54,336 nucleotides of DNA from an uncultured Clostridia bacterium (GTDB lineage Bacteria; Bacillota; Clostridia; TANB77; CAG-508). Of the stretch, positions 9,987-20,965 are shown in pieces. Each line of letters begins with the position of its first letter. Position 1 is the first letter of the stretch. The position numbers and the translations under genes are program-made. A model generated the notes under the pieces. The model was given only the letters and a program-made list of their open reading frames with translations, did no database searches and was not told where the DNA came from. Where the stretch lies: NCBI GenBank assembly GCA_944392445.1, contig CALXWT010000004.1, forward strand, positions 1 to 54,336, in the 5' to 3' direction.

Positions 9987-12398
9987 TTACTTTAATAAAT
10001 CTTCAAATTCTTTTATTGCTTCTTTATTATATTCTTCAAAATCAACATTCATTGGTTTAACTTTGTTCTCATATAATAATTTTAGCCCTTCATATACTCC
10101 CTCTTCTGAATTTTCTACTAATGTGCCTCCATATTTTTTCATAAATGTAGTAGGGCCAACAATATTAGTTGAAACCACAGGTTTGCCTAATATATCCGCT
10201 TCTGCAATAACTAATCCAAACCCCTCATAAAAAGAAGGTAATATGAAATAATCACATTTATTTAATATTGCATATGGATTACTTACATATTTTATAACAA
10301 TTATATTATTTTTGCAATTTGTTTTTTTAACTTTTTTTAATATATTCTCATATTCTTTGCCATAGCCACCAATTATTATTAGGTAAATTGAATTATCTTT
10401 GTCATATAATTTCTTAAATGCATCTATAAGTCTTTCATGACCTTTTTCTTTAGAAAATCTACCTATTGTAATAAATTTTTTGTTTTTATTATTTAATATT
10501 TGTTTTAATTCTTCTAAATCCACAGTACTTTCTGTGTTTTCATCAAATTCAATTTCCAATTTTGATTTATCTAAAACATGTTGATAATTTATAATATTAT
10601 GAACAATATGACACTTATTATTTATATCTGCAATTTTCGATATTGGCTCCCTTAAGTCTTCTGTTACTAATGCAACTTTGTTATAATGATTATATGCATA
10701 TTTTAAAACATCTAAGCTAGCATTTTTCTTAACTGTGGCCTCTTTATACATATCATTATGAGCATAAATAATTTTGTTACAAGTAAATTCACTATACATT
10801 AAAATTCTTTTTTTATCATAACCATTGAATTGGATAACATGAGCGAAATCACAATTTGGATATATTCTTTTTATATCTCTTTTTAAATCGTCTTTTAGTT
10901 CTTCAATAAAATTGTTATCATTTTTTAATTTATTATTGTACAAAAATAAGAATAATTTCTTTTTAAAATCCAAATTCATCTTGCCTTTTATTGGAATATA
11001 TCCCACATTATCTGGTATTTCTCTTAGAACACCTTTATGATTTCTTATTCTTCGAGTATCGTAAGTTATAAAATAATTTCTTTTTTCTGTATCTATGTGA
11101 TTTAGCAAATTAATTAAAGACCTTGTTATTCCATTTGCACCTAAATTACCTGCAAAAATCAGAACATTCTCTTTATTATTTCTTACAATTTTTCTATATT
11201 CTAATTGAGTTTCTTTATTCAAAATAACCTTTTCACATAATTTTTTAGTTGCATCTTTTTCATCATATTTACAATATTTTTCTAAAAATTCTTTATCATC
11301 ATAATTTTTTTCCTTATTCATTTCTGTTAATAAATCAGCTACATTATCTACCTTTGTAAAAGGAAGTTCTGAAAAAGATATATATAATCCTCTGTCTTGC
11401 AAGTATTCCTCTTCATCATACGCAAATAATATTATTTTCTTTTTGGTATTTTCAAAATCGAAAAATACGCTAGAATAATCTGTTATTAAGCAATCAGCAA
11501 TAGATAAAAATTGATATGTTTCATAATCTTTTGGAAATTTTTTTATCTTTTTTAATTTTTTATAATTTATGCTATTACTAACAAATGGATGAAGATTTAC
11601 AAAGAATTCTTGATTATCTTTTAAATTCTTATCAATTTCTTCTAAATATTTTTGTAATTGTTCTTCTTGCTCTTTTGATTCGATTTTAGAAACACTGCCT
11701 CTCCAAGTTGGCATATACATAAATATTTCTTTACCTTCCATATTTTGTTCTTTTCTAATTTTATTTTTTAATTCTTCATCAAAAAACACACTATTTCTAG
11801 GATATCCTTCTAAAATAATTTTTGCATTACTTAAATTTTGAATCATATAATCTTCTATCATATGTTCCATCATGTATTCATTTGGATATAGTAAATAGTC
11901 AGCAATAATAAAGTTCTTTTGTATGTTTCCTAAATCATGAAAATCATTGTTTACTTTTTTTCCAAGTGTTTTTAATGGTGTTCCATGCCAAGTATTAAAT
12001 ATAACTTGTCCTTCTTTTTTTATAAAACATGGATTAAATGATGTATCTGTTATTAAATACTTCGCTGTAGCTAGTAATTTATAATACTCTTTTGACTTTT
12101 CTTTTATAAGCACAATATTATTTAATCCTTGGTTCTCTAAGAATTTTCTTGCACTATTTAATGATTTCTTATTAATAGACAAATATATTTTAAAACTTTT
12201 ATATTCATCATTGTTATTTAATTCTTGTGCAATATAAAATATATTGCCAAAAATATTTCTTGCATTTTGAGCCTCTAAGAATATTACATTATTTTCTATA
12301 GATAGCTCCTCATAATCTTTAACATAAGATAATTTTGCTATATATGATTTATTAATGTTTTTAATTATTTTTCTGATTTTCAAATTAGGATCCTCCAT
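9987..12398 (-). CDS. CDP-glycerol glycerophosphotransferase (TagF family) fused to a GT4 glycosyltransferase
   Basis: TWHGTPLK, GYPRN, YMPTWR, ITDYSSVFFDF; C-terminal IGRFSKEKG and PSFYEGFGLVIAEA. Confidence 0.9.
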   Translation of the reverse strand: MEDPNLKIRKIIKNINKSYIAKLSYVKDYEELSIENNVIFLEAQNARNIFGNIFYIAQELNNNDEYKSFKIYLSINKKSLNSARKFLENQGLNNIVLIKEKSKEYYKLLATAKYLITDTSFNPCFIKKEGQVIFNTWHGTPLKTLGKKVNNDFHDLGNIQKNFIIADYLLYPNEYMMEHMIEDYMIQNLSNAKIILEGYPRNSVFFDEELKNKIRKEQNMEGKEIFMYMPTWRGSVSKIESKEQEEQLQKYLEEIDKNLKDNQEFFVNLHPFVSNSINYKKLKKIKKFPKDYETYQFLSIADCLITDYSSVFFDFENTKKKIILFAYDEEEYLQDRGLYISFSELPFTKVDNVADLLTEMNKEKNYDDKEFLEKYCKYDEKDATKKLCEKVILNKETQLEYRKIVRNNKENVLIFAGNLGANGITRSLINLLNHIDTEKRNYFITYDTRRIRNHKGVLREIPDNVGYIPIKGKMNLDFKKKLFLFLYNNKLKNDNNFIEELKDDLKRDIKRIYPNCDFAHVIQFNGYDKKRILMYSEFTCNKIIYAHNDMYKEATVKKNASLDVLKYAYNHYNKVALVTEDLREPISKIADINNKCHIVHNIINYQHVLDKSKLEIEFDENTESTVDLEELKQILNNKNKKFITIGRFSKEKGHERLIDAFKKLYDKDNSIYLIIIGGYGKEYENILKKVKKTNCKNNIIVIKYVSNPYAILNKCDYFILPSFYEGFGLVIAEADILGKPVVSTNIVGPTTFMKKYGGTLVENSEEGVYEGLKLLYENKVKPMNVDFEEYNKEAIKEFEDLLK

Positions 12399-12422
12399 TT
12401 TTATACACCAGATTTTTATAAA

Positions 12423-15083
12423 CTATTTATATTTAATTAATTCTTCGTAAGTTCTTTTACAATTATTATGATCATTATATTCAAAAAAGTCATCTACTCG
12501 TTTTTGATATATTTCTTCCATTTTGCAATTTTTATTTATGTATTTACATATTTCACTAACTACTTCATCATTTTCTTTACATATTGGTCCAAATCCCATT
12601 GTATCATATTTTAATCCTCCTTCTTCATACTGAGCAGGTAATTCAGTTGGATGATAATATATAATTGGCTTTTTCATATATGCAAAATCAAATTGAACTC
12701 CAGAATAATCTGTTATCATGATACTTGATTCAGTCAATATTTTCTCATAACTCATGTTGCTTGTTGCCGCAATTATTTCTACATAATCATTTTTATCAAA
12801 ATCATCTATTTGAGAACTCATTGCTGGATGTAGTAAATATATAATTTTATATCCATTTCTTCTTGCACACTCTATTAAATTTTTATCATTTATTAATTGG
12901 TTATAAATATTAAAATATGCACTTCCTTTAAAAGTATCACTATGAGTATAGCTTGAACCTTTTATTGTACTTCCTACAGTTGTTCCTTTTCTCCAAGTAG
13001 GTGTAATAAGAATCTGTTTTTGCTCATTATTTATTAGTCCATCATATCTAGCATGGCCAGTTAATTTTAGTATGTCTTCATCATAATAGTCGTATTCAGG
13101 ATGTTTCACATTTTCAATTTCGTACTTAGAGGCAAAGAAATATAATGTTGTATTGTCAAAAACTCTATTCTGGTATTGTGCTATTTTCTGTATTGTCAAG
13201 CCATGTGCTATACAAGCAATTTTAGGATTAAATAAATTTTTAAAGTATTGTTGATTATTTTTATCAAATCCACAACAATTCATTACATCAACGTGAGTAG
13301 CTAAAATCATATTTGAATGTAAAGAAACTAGCTTTGCTTTAAATGAATTAAAGGTTAAAATAGTATCATATTTTTTCTTTAATCTTTTATAATCACATGA
13401 GTTTTTATTTATTATATAATATATTTTTATATCTTTTGGGTTTATTTTCTTTATATAATTATACATATATTCTCCATTATCTCCAGCTTTAAAGATTTTA
13501 TCACTTGTAATCCATATTTTTTTTCTAAAAAATGGTTTAGAAATCCAATAGACTAATCTTAAAAATATATTTTTCCATTTTATACTTTTATTACCTTTCT
13601 TTATAAATTCTTTCAGTAAAGAAATTTCCTTTTTTAGTAACCTTTTTTTTCTGCTTTTTTGAACTCTAAATGCTATTTCTTTTTCACTATAGAAAAGTAT
13701 TTTATTATCAAATCTCCAGTAACTATTTTTAAACTCAGAACTTAATTTTGATTGTGCTCTCTTAAAAACAATTTTCAAAGGATAATAGTTATTATTATAC
13801 TTTACGTAAAAACTAATTCTGTCATTATGATTTAAAGATTCAGAAGGTATTGAAAAATGAAAAGTATAACTTTTTCTTGTAGCAATATTAAACACCTTAT
13901 TTATAGAATATGTATCTGTCCTTCTAATTTTATATTCATTTTCATTTATTCGGCAAACAATTTCTAAATCATTATTAAATAAATATGCTCCCCTAAAAAT
14001 TCCATCCATCGTCAAATTATTTCCATCAAAATATATTACTTGTATTTCTAATTTTTCATTTTCTAAATTTTCTACAATTGCATCATTTATATATGCTATC
14101 ATGTTTCCACCAGAGGTTACTATTTTAGGAAATAGATTTTGATTTTCATATTTTAATCTTAATAAGTTTAAAGTTAAATATTTAGGAATTGTTTTTCTTC
14201 CACTAATCTTATTATTGCATATTATATAATCATCTATATTTTTTAGTGCTAGAGATGTATCTTTAAAAAAATCATTTTTCTCCTCTTGACTTAAAATTGC
14301 CTTGTCTCTTCCATCTATATTACAAGCAAATCTACATTGAATAATATAAGCAATTGCATATTTTACAAATAAAGGTGAGTCCTTTTGCGTAAACGAACAT
14401 ATAAATTCTTTCATCGAATTTACATACCATTCTTTAAAAAATTGTTCTTTAAAAGAATAATATTCAGATTCAATAGGCAAATTATATTTATAGGTACTTT
14501 TTAAAAGTAAATACTTCTGTTCTATAGATAATACTTCTAAAAGGAATTTTATAGTACCATCACAAGATAAGTTTTCATCAAATTTAAATTTAGATATAAA
14601 ATCTCTTTTAAAGAAATACCCATAAATATATAATATAAACGCTTGGCTATGTGATTTCAAATCTATTAAAGTTTGTTTATTCTTGTCTAAATTCTTAAAT
14701 GCAACATATCTTTTATTATTATAAGTAGGAGTTAATGTAATTATTGAATTATCACAATTTTCTCTAATTACTTCAATTACTTGATTAAATGCTTCCCCTA
14801 CATAGGATATATTAGGTATAGTAAATGTTACATAATTACTTTTGCATATTTTTAAAGCTTCATTATATGCTCTACATTTATTAGCATCTTTTAATTCTAA
14901 AAATATTATATTATTCCCACTATATCTATTTGATAATTTTTTAGTTTCCTCGTTACATATAATATCTACTACTATTATGTTATAATCTGTTTTTTCTTCT
15001 AAGGCTTCTATAAATTTTTCAGTATCACTAACATTGTCTAAGTATAGAATCACATCAATATCTTGCTTTGTTAATTCTTTCAT
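12423..15083 (-). CDS. CDP-polyol phosphotransferase (TagF family) with degenerate GT2-like N-terminus
   Basis: AGDNGEY, HG, TGHARYD, PTWR, ITDYSGVQFDF. Confidence 0.85.
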   Translation of the reverse strand: MKELTKQDIDVILYLDNVSDTEKFIEALEEKTDYNIIVVDIICNEETKKLSNRYSGNNIIFLELKDANKCRAYNEALKICKSNYVTFTIPNISYVGEAFNQVIEVIRENCDNSIITLTPTYNNKRYVAFKNLDKNKQTLIDLKSHSQAFILYIYGYFFKRDFISKFKFDENLSCDGTIKFLLEVLSIEQKYLLLKSTYKYNLPIESEYYSFKEQFFKEWYVNSMKEFICSFTQKDSPLFVKYAIAYIIQCRFACNIDGRDKAILSQEEKNDFFKDTSLALKNIDDYIICNNKISGRKTIPKYLTLNLLRLKYENQNLFPKIVTSGGNMIAYINDAIVENLENEKLEIQVIYFDGNNLTMDGIFRGAYLFNNDLEIVCRINENEYKIRRTDTYSINKVFNIATRKSYTFHFSIPSESLNHNDRISFYVKYNNNYYPLKIVFKRAQSKLSSEFKNSYWRFDNKILFYSEKEIAFRVQKSRKKRLLKKEISLLKEFIKKGNKSIKWKNIFLRLVYWISKPFFRKKIWITSDKIFKAGDNGEYMYNYIKKINPKDIKIYYIINKNSCDYKRLKKKYDTILTFNSFKAKLVSLHSNMILATHVDVMNCCGFDKNNQQYFKNLFNPKIACIAHGLTIQKIAQYQNRVFDNTTLYFFASKYEIENVKHPEYDYYDEDILKLTGHARYDGLINNEQKQILITPTWRKGTTVGSTIKGSSYTHSDTFKGSAYFNIYNQLINDKNLIECARRNGYKIIYLLHPAMSSQIDDFDKNDYVEIIAATSNMSYEKILTESSIMITDYSGVQFDFAYMKKPIIYYHPTELPAQYEEGGLKYDTMGFGPICKENDEVVSEICKYINKNCKMEEIYQKRVDDFFEYNDHNNCKRTYEELIKYK

Positions 15084-15086
15084 TTT

Positions 15087-16145
15087 CTATGCATTCTCCT
15101 CTTCTTTTTTTAATAACTTATTTATTTTTATTTTTTGTATAAATGTGAATGGATATGAAAATATTTTTTGAGATAATATAATAGTTAATATTACAGCAAT
15201 TCCCATCAATAATATTGCTCGTTTAGGAGAATCAAAATATTGTTCCCAGTTATATTCTAATTCTGCTAAATATAAGAATCTATGTAATATATACACCTGT
15301 AATGTTCTTGTCCCTAATATACTAAAAATATTTTTCTGTGTAGGAATTAATGACATCAATGTAAGCCCAAATATTATTGCAAAAATATAAAATCCTATTC
15401 TATAAAGCCAAGCTAGATAAATCGGTAATTCCATATTCTTTAAATTATAATAATTATAACTACAAACTATTATTCTTTCTGGCAATATTTTTATATTGCA
15501 AATTAATATAATAAACAAGATACTTGTTATTATTAAAGGAATTCTTATCCTATTTTTTCTAAGCAAAGCAAAAAAATTACTATTTAAATAATATCCAATT
15601 ATAAAAAATGGGAAATGGACAAATCCTCTCATTATATTTAAAAATGTTCCACTCGCTTCATCATATCCTATTAATATACCAAAAACAAAAGAAAAAATTA
15701 TTACTAACTTCTTATTGATTCTTACCACGTAAGGCAAAACAATATAATATATCATTAATCCTTGTAAAAACCATAATGAAGATCTTGCAGCGTGAAAACT
15801 TATTTTGATATCTTGCTTTAATACAAAAATTTCAAATAATGATACAGAAATTTGGCAAGCCGCATAAAGTAAAAAATATGTAAATGGCTTCTGAATATCA
15901 ATTTTTTGATTGCACTTTTCTATATATTTTTTTGAAAAATATCCAGATATAAAAATTAGAGCCGGCATATGAAACATATTTATTATGTACCATATATTAT
16001 ATAAAAAGTCATATTTTGATTTTAGTGGCGAAATTGCATGTGCTAATACGACTAGAAGAATTAATATAAATTTACAATTATCAAAATAATATATTCTTTC
16101 TTTTCTTTCGTTACTATTTTCTTTATTATTTAAAACTACATCCAT
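15087..16145 (-). CDS. Acyltransferase_3 family membrane O-acyltransferase
   Basis: RIYYFDNCKFILILLVVLAH, FHMPALIFISGYF, about ten TM segments. Confidence 0.85.
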   Translation of the reverse strand: MDVVLNNKENSNERKERIYYFDNCKFILILLVVLAHAISPLKSKYDFLYNIWYIINMFHMPALIFISGYFSKKYIEKCNQKIDIQKPFTYFLLYAACQISVSLFEIFVLKQDIKISFHAARSSLWFLQGLMIYYIVLPYVVRINKKLVIIFSFVFGILIGYDEASGTFLNIMRGFVHFPFFIIGYYLNSNFFALLRKNRIRIPLIITSILFIILICNIKILPERIIVCSYNYYNLKNMELPIYLAWLYRIGFYIFAIIFGLTLMSLIPTQKNIFSILGTRTLQVYILHRFLYLAELEYNWEQYFDSPKRAILLMGIAVILTIILSQKIFSYPFTFIQKIKINKLLKKEEENA

Positions 16146-16243
16146 TTTCTTTTCGTATGATATATTTAATAACTAAAATACAACATACACTCCTTTCTTC
16201 ATTTACTTTTACCTTTATCATTTATTATTTGATTACATATATT

Positions 16244-17290
16244 TCATTTAAATTCTATGAAACTTTTAATTGTTCTATCAATTCCATTCATTAATGAAAC
16301 CACAGGTTTCCATCCTAATTGTTCTAATTTACTATTGTCTAATCCAACTCTTTTAAAATTTGTATATGCTCCCTTGTTTTCTTCTATTTCATGTTTTACA
16401 TTTGTATTATACTTTTTTGCTAATAATTCCGCTAGATTCTTTATTGTTATTTCTTCTGTTTCATTAGAAATATTGTATGCTTCACATTCTTTTCCTTTTT
16501 CCATAATAATTACTATTGCAGATATTGCATCTGTTATATAGCAAAATGCTCTTTTAGCGCTACCGTCACTTTTTAATACTATATCCTTTTTATTCACAAC
16601 ATCATATATAAAATCTGACATAATTCTTCCGTCTTTTTCTATTTTCATACCTGGTCCAAAAGTGTGTGCTATTCTTAAATTCTTGAACTTTACTCCATAT
16701 TGAATATAATAATTAACTAAAATAGTTTCTGCCATTCTTTTACTTTCAGGATAACAGGCTCTTCCATTAAAGCAATTAAGACTTCCCATATCACTTTCTT
16801 TAATAAATTCTACATTTTCAGGCATTTTTCCATATATTTCTCGTGTTGAAGAAAATATCACTTCCGCATTCTTTTCTTTTGCTAAATCAAGTACGTTAAA
16901 CGTTCCATATATATTTGACTTTATAATATCTATTGGATTACTTATTATTGTTGATGGATTTGCAGAACTTGCCAAATGTATTATATAGTCTATATTTTCT
17001 TTAATATTAATTTTATTGCAAACATCTTGTACTATTAAATTTAAATCTCCTCTTTCATTGTCTTTAACGAATCTCTTTTCCATTTCTTCTCTATTTCTAG
17101 ACAAAGCAAAAATTTTAATATTCATATTTTTTTTATCATTTAAATACATTAATAGATAAATAAAGTACGTTGCAAGCATTCCATTTGCACCTGTAATTAA
17201 TATATTTTTATTTTTAAAAATATCAAAATTTTTAATATTTTCTATTAAGTCCTTCAAATCTTCTTGCACTATATTGTTTTTATAATTCAT
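16244..17290 (-). CDS. NAD-dependent epimerase/dehydratase-family (extended SDR) enzyme, probable CDP-polyol reductase
   Basis: ITGANGMLA, HLASSA, SSTREIYG, YPESKR; directly downstream of a cytidylyltransferase. Confidence 0.8.
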   Translation of the reverse strand: MNYKNNIVQEDLKDLIENIKNFDIFKNKNILITGANGMLATYFIYLLMYLNDKKNMNIKIFALSRNREEMEKRFVKDNERGDLNLIVQDVCNKINIKENIDYIIHLASSANPSTIISNPIDIIKSNIYGTFNVLDLAKEKNAEVIFSSTREIYGKMPENVEFIKESDMGSLNCFNGRACYPESKRMAETILVNYYIQYGVKFKNLRIAHTFGPGMKIEKDGRIMSDFIYDVVNKKDIVLKSDGSAKRAFCYITDAISAIVIIMEKGKECEAYNISNETEEITIKNLAELLAKKYNTNVKHEIEENKGAYTNFKRVGLDNSKLEQLGWKPVVSLMNGIDRTIKSFIEFK

Positions 17291-17305
17291 AAATTTACCA
17301 TCCTA

Positions 17306-18025
17306 TTATCCAAAAATCTCTGAGTTTTCTTTAGCGTCTAGCAATGCTTTAAACATATAATAATCATCAGGTGTAGTAATTTTCAAATTTTCACTTTTTC
17401 CAATAACAATCGATACTTCCTTGCCATACATTCTCATTAAAGTACAAGAATCTATAACATCCGTTTTTCCATCCTCTAATGCTTTCCTATGTGCAGCTAA
17501 AATATCTTTTAGGTAAAAACTTTGTGGAGCTCTAGCAAGTCTACTTCTACTTCTATCTGTTACATCTTTTATATTATCATTATCATCTAAAATAACAACT
17601 GTTTCTTTACACTCTACACAAGTAATTGCAGAACCATTTTCTTTTACGCATTTTATATTATTATCAATTATTTCATCATCTATAAGAGGTCTTACTCCAT
17701 CATGAATAAGTACAATGTCTTTATCGGTTTCAGAAATTTGTTCAGCTGCTTTTAATCCATTATATATAGACTCTTGTCCTGTTTTTCCTCCTTTTACAAT
17801 TGCTCTTACTTTTGTAATTTCATACTTGTCTACTAGTTTTTTGCAATAATCCATCTTTTCCTCTAAACAAGATACAACAATAGCATCTATATTTTGATTA
17901 TTTTCAAACTTTTCTAGAGTATAAATCAAAATTGGTTTTCCATACACCTCCAAAAATTGTTTTGGTATTCCATTTGTTTTCATTCTTTTTCCTACTCCAC
18001 CTGCGAATATTACTGCTATATTCAT
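17306..18025 (-). CDS. IspD/TarI-family polyol-phosphate cytidylyltransferase
   Basis: IFAGGVGKRM, PKQFL, IHDGVRPL, NLKITTPDD. Confidence 0.9.
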   Translation of the reverse strand: MNIAVIFAGGVGKRMKTNGIPKQFLEVYGKPILIYTLEKFENNQNIDAIVVSCLEEKMDYCKKLVDKYEITKVRAIVKGGKTGQESIYNGLKAAEQISETDKDIVLIHDGVRPLIDDEIIDNNIKCVKENGSAITCVECKETVVILDDNDNIKDVTDRSRSRLARAPQSFYLKDILAAHRKALEDGKTDVIDSCTLMRMYGKEVSIVIGKSENLKITTPDDYYMFKALLDAKENSEIFG

Positions 18026-19284
18026 TGTAATTGCTCCTCCTTTATTACCTCTTCTACTACTCTCTTACTTGCATTGCCATCATCTAAATAGTTATATTTT
18101 TCATTGAATTTTTTATACTTTTCGTCATATTTAAAATCTTTTGCAATTCTTTCTATTTCTTCTTCTAATTCTTCTTGTGTTTCCGTTATTTTTCCTGGTA
18201 GTTCTGCTAAATCTATGTAAAATCCATTTGATTTATCTCTATAATGTTCTAAATCATACATATAAAATATCATTGGTCTTTTTAAATTAGCATAATCGAA
18301 AAATACACTTGAATAATCTGTTATTAATAAATCTGTTATAATATATAACTCGTTTATATCATCTATCTTAGACACATCATAAACAAATCCTTTATATTTT
18401 TCAAAATCAAATACATTCGCTATAAAATAATGCGGTCTAAACAGAACTATATACTCGTTTCCAAATTTTTCTCTTAAATGTTCAAAATCTATTTCTTCCT
18501 TATATGTATAACCTACTCCTGTTTCGTGTTGATTAGATCTATAAGTTGGTGCATAAAGTATTATTTTTCTTTTTTCATTTTCTATGCCTAGTTTTTCCTT
18601 TATTTTGCTTACATCAGCATCTGTATAGTTAAATAGGAAGTCATTTCTAGGATATCCTTTTTCAACTATTATATTTTCCTTTCCTATTTCCTTTAAATTC
18701 CAAGCTGAAATAAATTTTTCACTAGCAAATTTTGATGGTGATAGGAAGTAACTAAATTTTGATGCCTCTATTTTATATCTTTTTTTCATGCCTTTCATAG
18801 TATTCAAAATATTATCAAAATGTATTAAATCGCATCCAAGCCTCTTAAGAGGTGTTCCATGCCAACATTGAATAAACACTTGTTCTTTCTTTGGGTATAA
18901 ATAATCAGGAATCTTATAATTAAATATCCAATATTTAGCTGTAGCTAAATATTTCTTATATTGTTTAGAATCCATGTTTACTAGATATGTATTTTTATTT
19001 TTACTTAGTTCTTCATGTTGATTTATGTCTTTAAAAGCCCATATATATTTAAACTCTTTAAACTTTTCATCTTTTATCATATATTCATATATTGCTTTTG
19101 GACTACAAGAATATGACTTTCCATTAAAAGAGCAAAATATAATTATTTTGTTATCTATTTTTACTCCTAATGTTGTAATCTTATAGCTAATCTTCTTTAA
19201 TAAGTTAAGAGTTTTCCTTAATATGTTTCTTACAATTACACTCTTTTCTGATAATTTTAGTGCTATTTTTTTTAAACTTTTCAT
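18022..19284 (-). CDS. CDP-glycerol glycerophosphotransferase (TagF/TarF family)
   Basis: QCWHGTPLK, GYPRND, YAPTYR, ITDYSSVFFDY. Confidence 0.92.
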   Translation of the reverse strand: MKSLKKIALKLSEKSVIVRNILRKTLNLLKKISYKITTLGVKIDNKIIIFCSFNGKSYSCSPKAIYEYMIKDEKFKEFKYIWAFKDINQHEELSKNKNTYLVNMDSKQYKKYLATAKYWIFNYKIPDYLYPKKEQVFIQCWHGTPLKRLGCDLIHFDNILNTMKGMKKRYKIEASKFSYFLSPSKFASEKFISAWNLKEIGKENIIVEKGYPRNDFLFNYTDADVSKIKEKLGIENEKRKIILYAPTYRSNQHETGVGYTYKEEIDFEHLREKFGNEYIVLFRPHYFIANVFDFEKYKGFVYDVSKIDDINELYIITDLLITDYSSVFFDYANLKRPMIFYMYDLEHYRDKSNGFYIDLAELPGKITETQEELEEEIERIAKDFKYDEKYKKFNEKYNYLDDGNASKRVVEEVIKEEQLQ

Positions 19285-20928
19285 TTATTTCACCTTTTTT
19301 ATTATCTTGTCTTTCTGTAAGCATTCTACTAATCTTTCTGTATTCTTGTTATCATGAAATTCTACTATTTTTCTATACTTTTTAATATATTCCTCTTTTT
19401 GTTTCTGCTTATATAAATCATTTACATTTTGTGTAAGTTCTTCTTTTTTATAGCATACTGGTCCAAATGCATTATTATCATTTAGCATTAAATGGCCATT
19501 ATATTGTTCCATACAAAAGTCTTTCTCTTTCCACCAGAATATTACATTGGCTCCTCTATAAAATGCATCATACGCAATAGATGAATAGTCCGTTATAAGT
19601 ATATCAGTTTTTCTTAATATCTCGTCATAAGATTTATTTTTTATTATATATTTATTTAATGGTGTATTTTTTATATTGTTAATTACCAGTGGATGTGGCA
19701 AAAGCACTATTTTATTTTTATATTTTTTAGGAATAGATTCAATGATTTCTTCTAGCATTTTATAGTATGGAGCATCTTTTGCATCTACTCTAAGCAAATT
19801 AAATTCCCATGGTCTCCAGGTAGGCATTATCACTATTTTATCTGCGTTTTTATATCTTATACTTTTATCAAATTTCGGAAGACCTGTTACATAAAAATCT
19901 TTTTCCTCATAGTCACCACCAAGTTCGATAAAATGCTTTTCTTCCTCCTTAGAAGAAACAATAATTTTAGCATTTCTTGGCATTCCACCACCTTTTCTAA
20001 AAAAGCTCCTTCCATCAGAATCTAAAGATACCATATACATTACTCCATGTTGAAGAAATACATAATTAAATTTGTTACTATATATTCTTTTTGTGGAATG
20101 TCTATTGGCTGTTCTGAGCTCAATTGCATGTCCAGGAGATTCTGTTCCTATCAAAGTTTTTGCAATAAAGAAATACAAATAATGTCTAAAACTATATTTA
20201 TATACTAAGTGTTTTTTATATTTATCATTAATATTTTTAATTTTTTCATTATCTTTATTTATAATATAATAGATATTTTTATATCCTAAATCTATTAATT
20301 TTTCATATAAAACGGATGCACTTTCTTCATATCTACTAGAATTCTTTTCATACATTATAATCTTATTTTTAGGTATTATTTTAGAAAATAAAAATGCTAA
20401 ATTTATTTTTATTTGTTCTTTTGGATAATCTGTTTTGTTTATATTTCTTACAGTTATCATTACTCTATTTTTAGCACTTTGCCTTACATATACTGATGTG
20501 TTTTTATCTTTTAATATTTTGGCTCTACTAGTATAGTAATTGTTAACATTGCTAAATAAATTGTACCTTAACGATCTTTTCAATACTATTTCTCCATCTT
20601 TTTTGTAAATAAAGAATGGCTTATTATGTATATTCCCAGTAAGTAATTTTTCTATTGGTATTTTTATAATATAAAAATTCGAAAGTATTGCTAGTCCTCT
20701 AATCACCTTGATTCGTTTAAATGGGAATTTAATATCAAATTCTTCCTCATTTATTAATAATTTTAATTTATCCCTATCTATATTTTCTTTTCTATCTCTT
20801 ATAGATAAAAAGCCTACTAAAATTATATTTTCATTCGTTATTATTGTTTTTACTCGTATATTTATTATATTAACTTTCACTCTTGTTCCCTCTTTTAATA
20901 GTTTTTTAAATTCTATAACAAATCCCAC
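19285..20928 (-). CDS. CDP-polyol phosphotransferase (TagF family)
   Basis: FLQHGV, TGLPKFD, MPTWR, ITDYSSIAYDA. Confidence 0.88.
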   Translation of the reverse strand: MGFVIEFKKLLKEGTRVKVNIINIRVKTIITNENIILVGFLSIRDRKENIDRDKLKLLINEEEFDIKFPFKRIKVIRGLAILSNFYIIKIPIEKLLTGNIHNKPFFIYKKDGEIVLKRSLRYNLFSNVNNYYTSRAKILKDKNTSVYVRQSAKNRVMITVRNINKTDYPKEQIKINLAFLFSKIIPKNKIIMYEKNSSRYEESASVLYEKLIDLGYKNIYYIINKDNEKIKNINDKYKKHLVYKYSFRHYLYFFIAKTLIGTESPGHAIELRTANRHSTKRIYSNKFNYVFLQHGVMYMVSLDSDGRSFFRKGGGMPRNAKIIVSSKEEEKHFIELGGDYEEKDFYVTGLPKFDKSIRYKNADKIVIMPTWRPWEFNLLRVDAKDAPYYKMLEEIIESIPKKYKNKIVLLPHPLVINNIKNTPLNKYIIKNKSYDEILRKTDILITDYSSIAYDAFYRGANVIFWWKEKDFCMEQYNGHLMLNDNNAFGPVCYKKEELTQNVNDLYKQKQKEEYIKKYRKIVEFHDNKNTERLVECLQKDKIIKKVK

Positions 20929-20965
20929 TCTTTTTCAACCTTTTTTCGACCAATAAGATACTTCC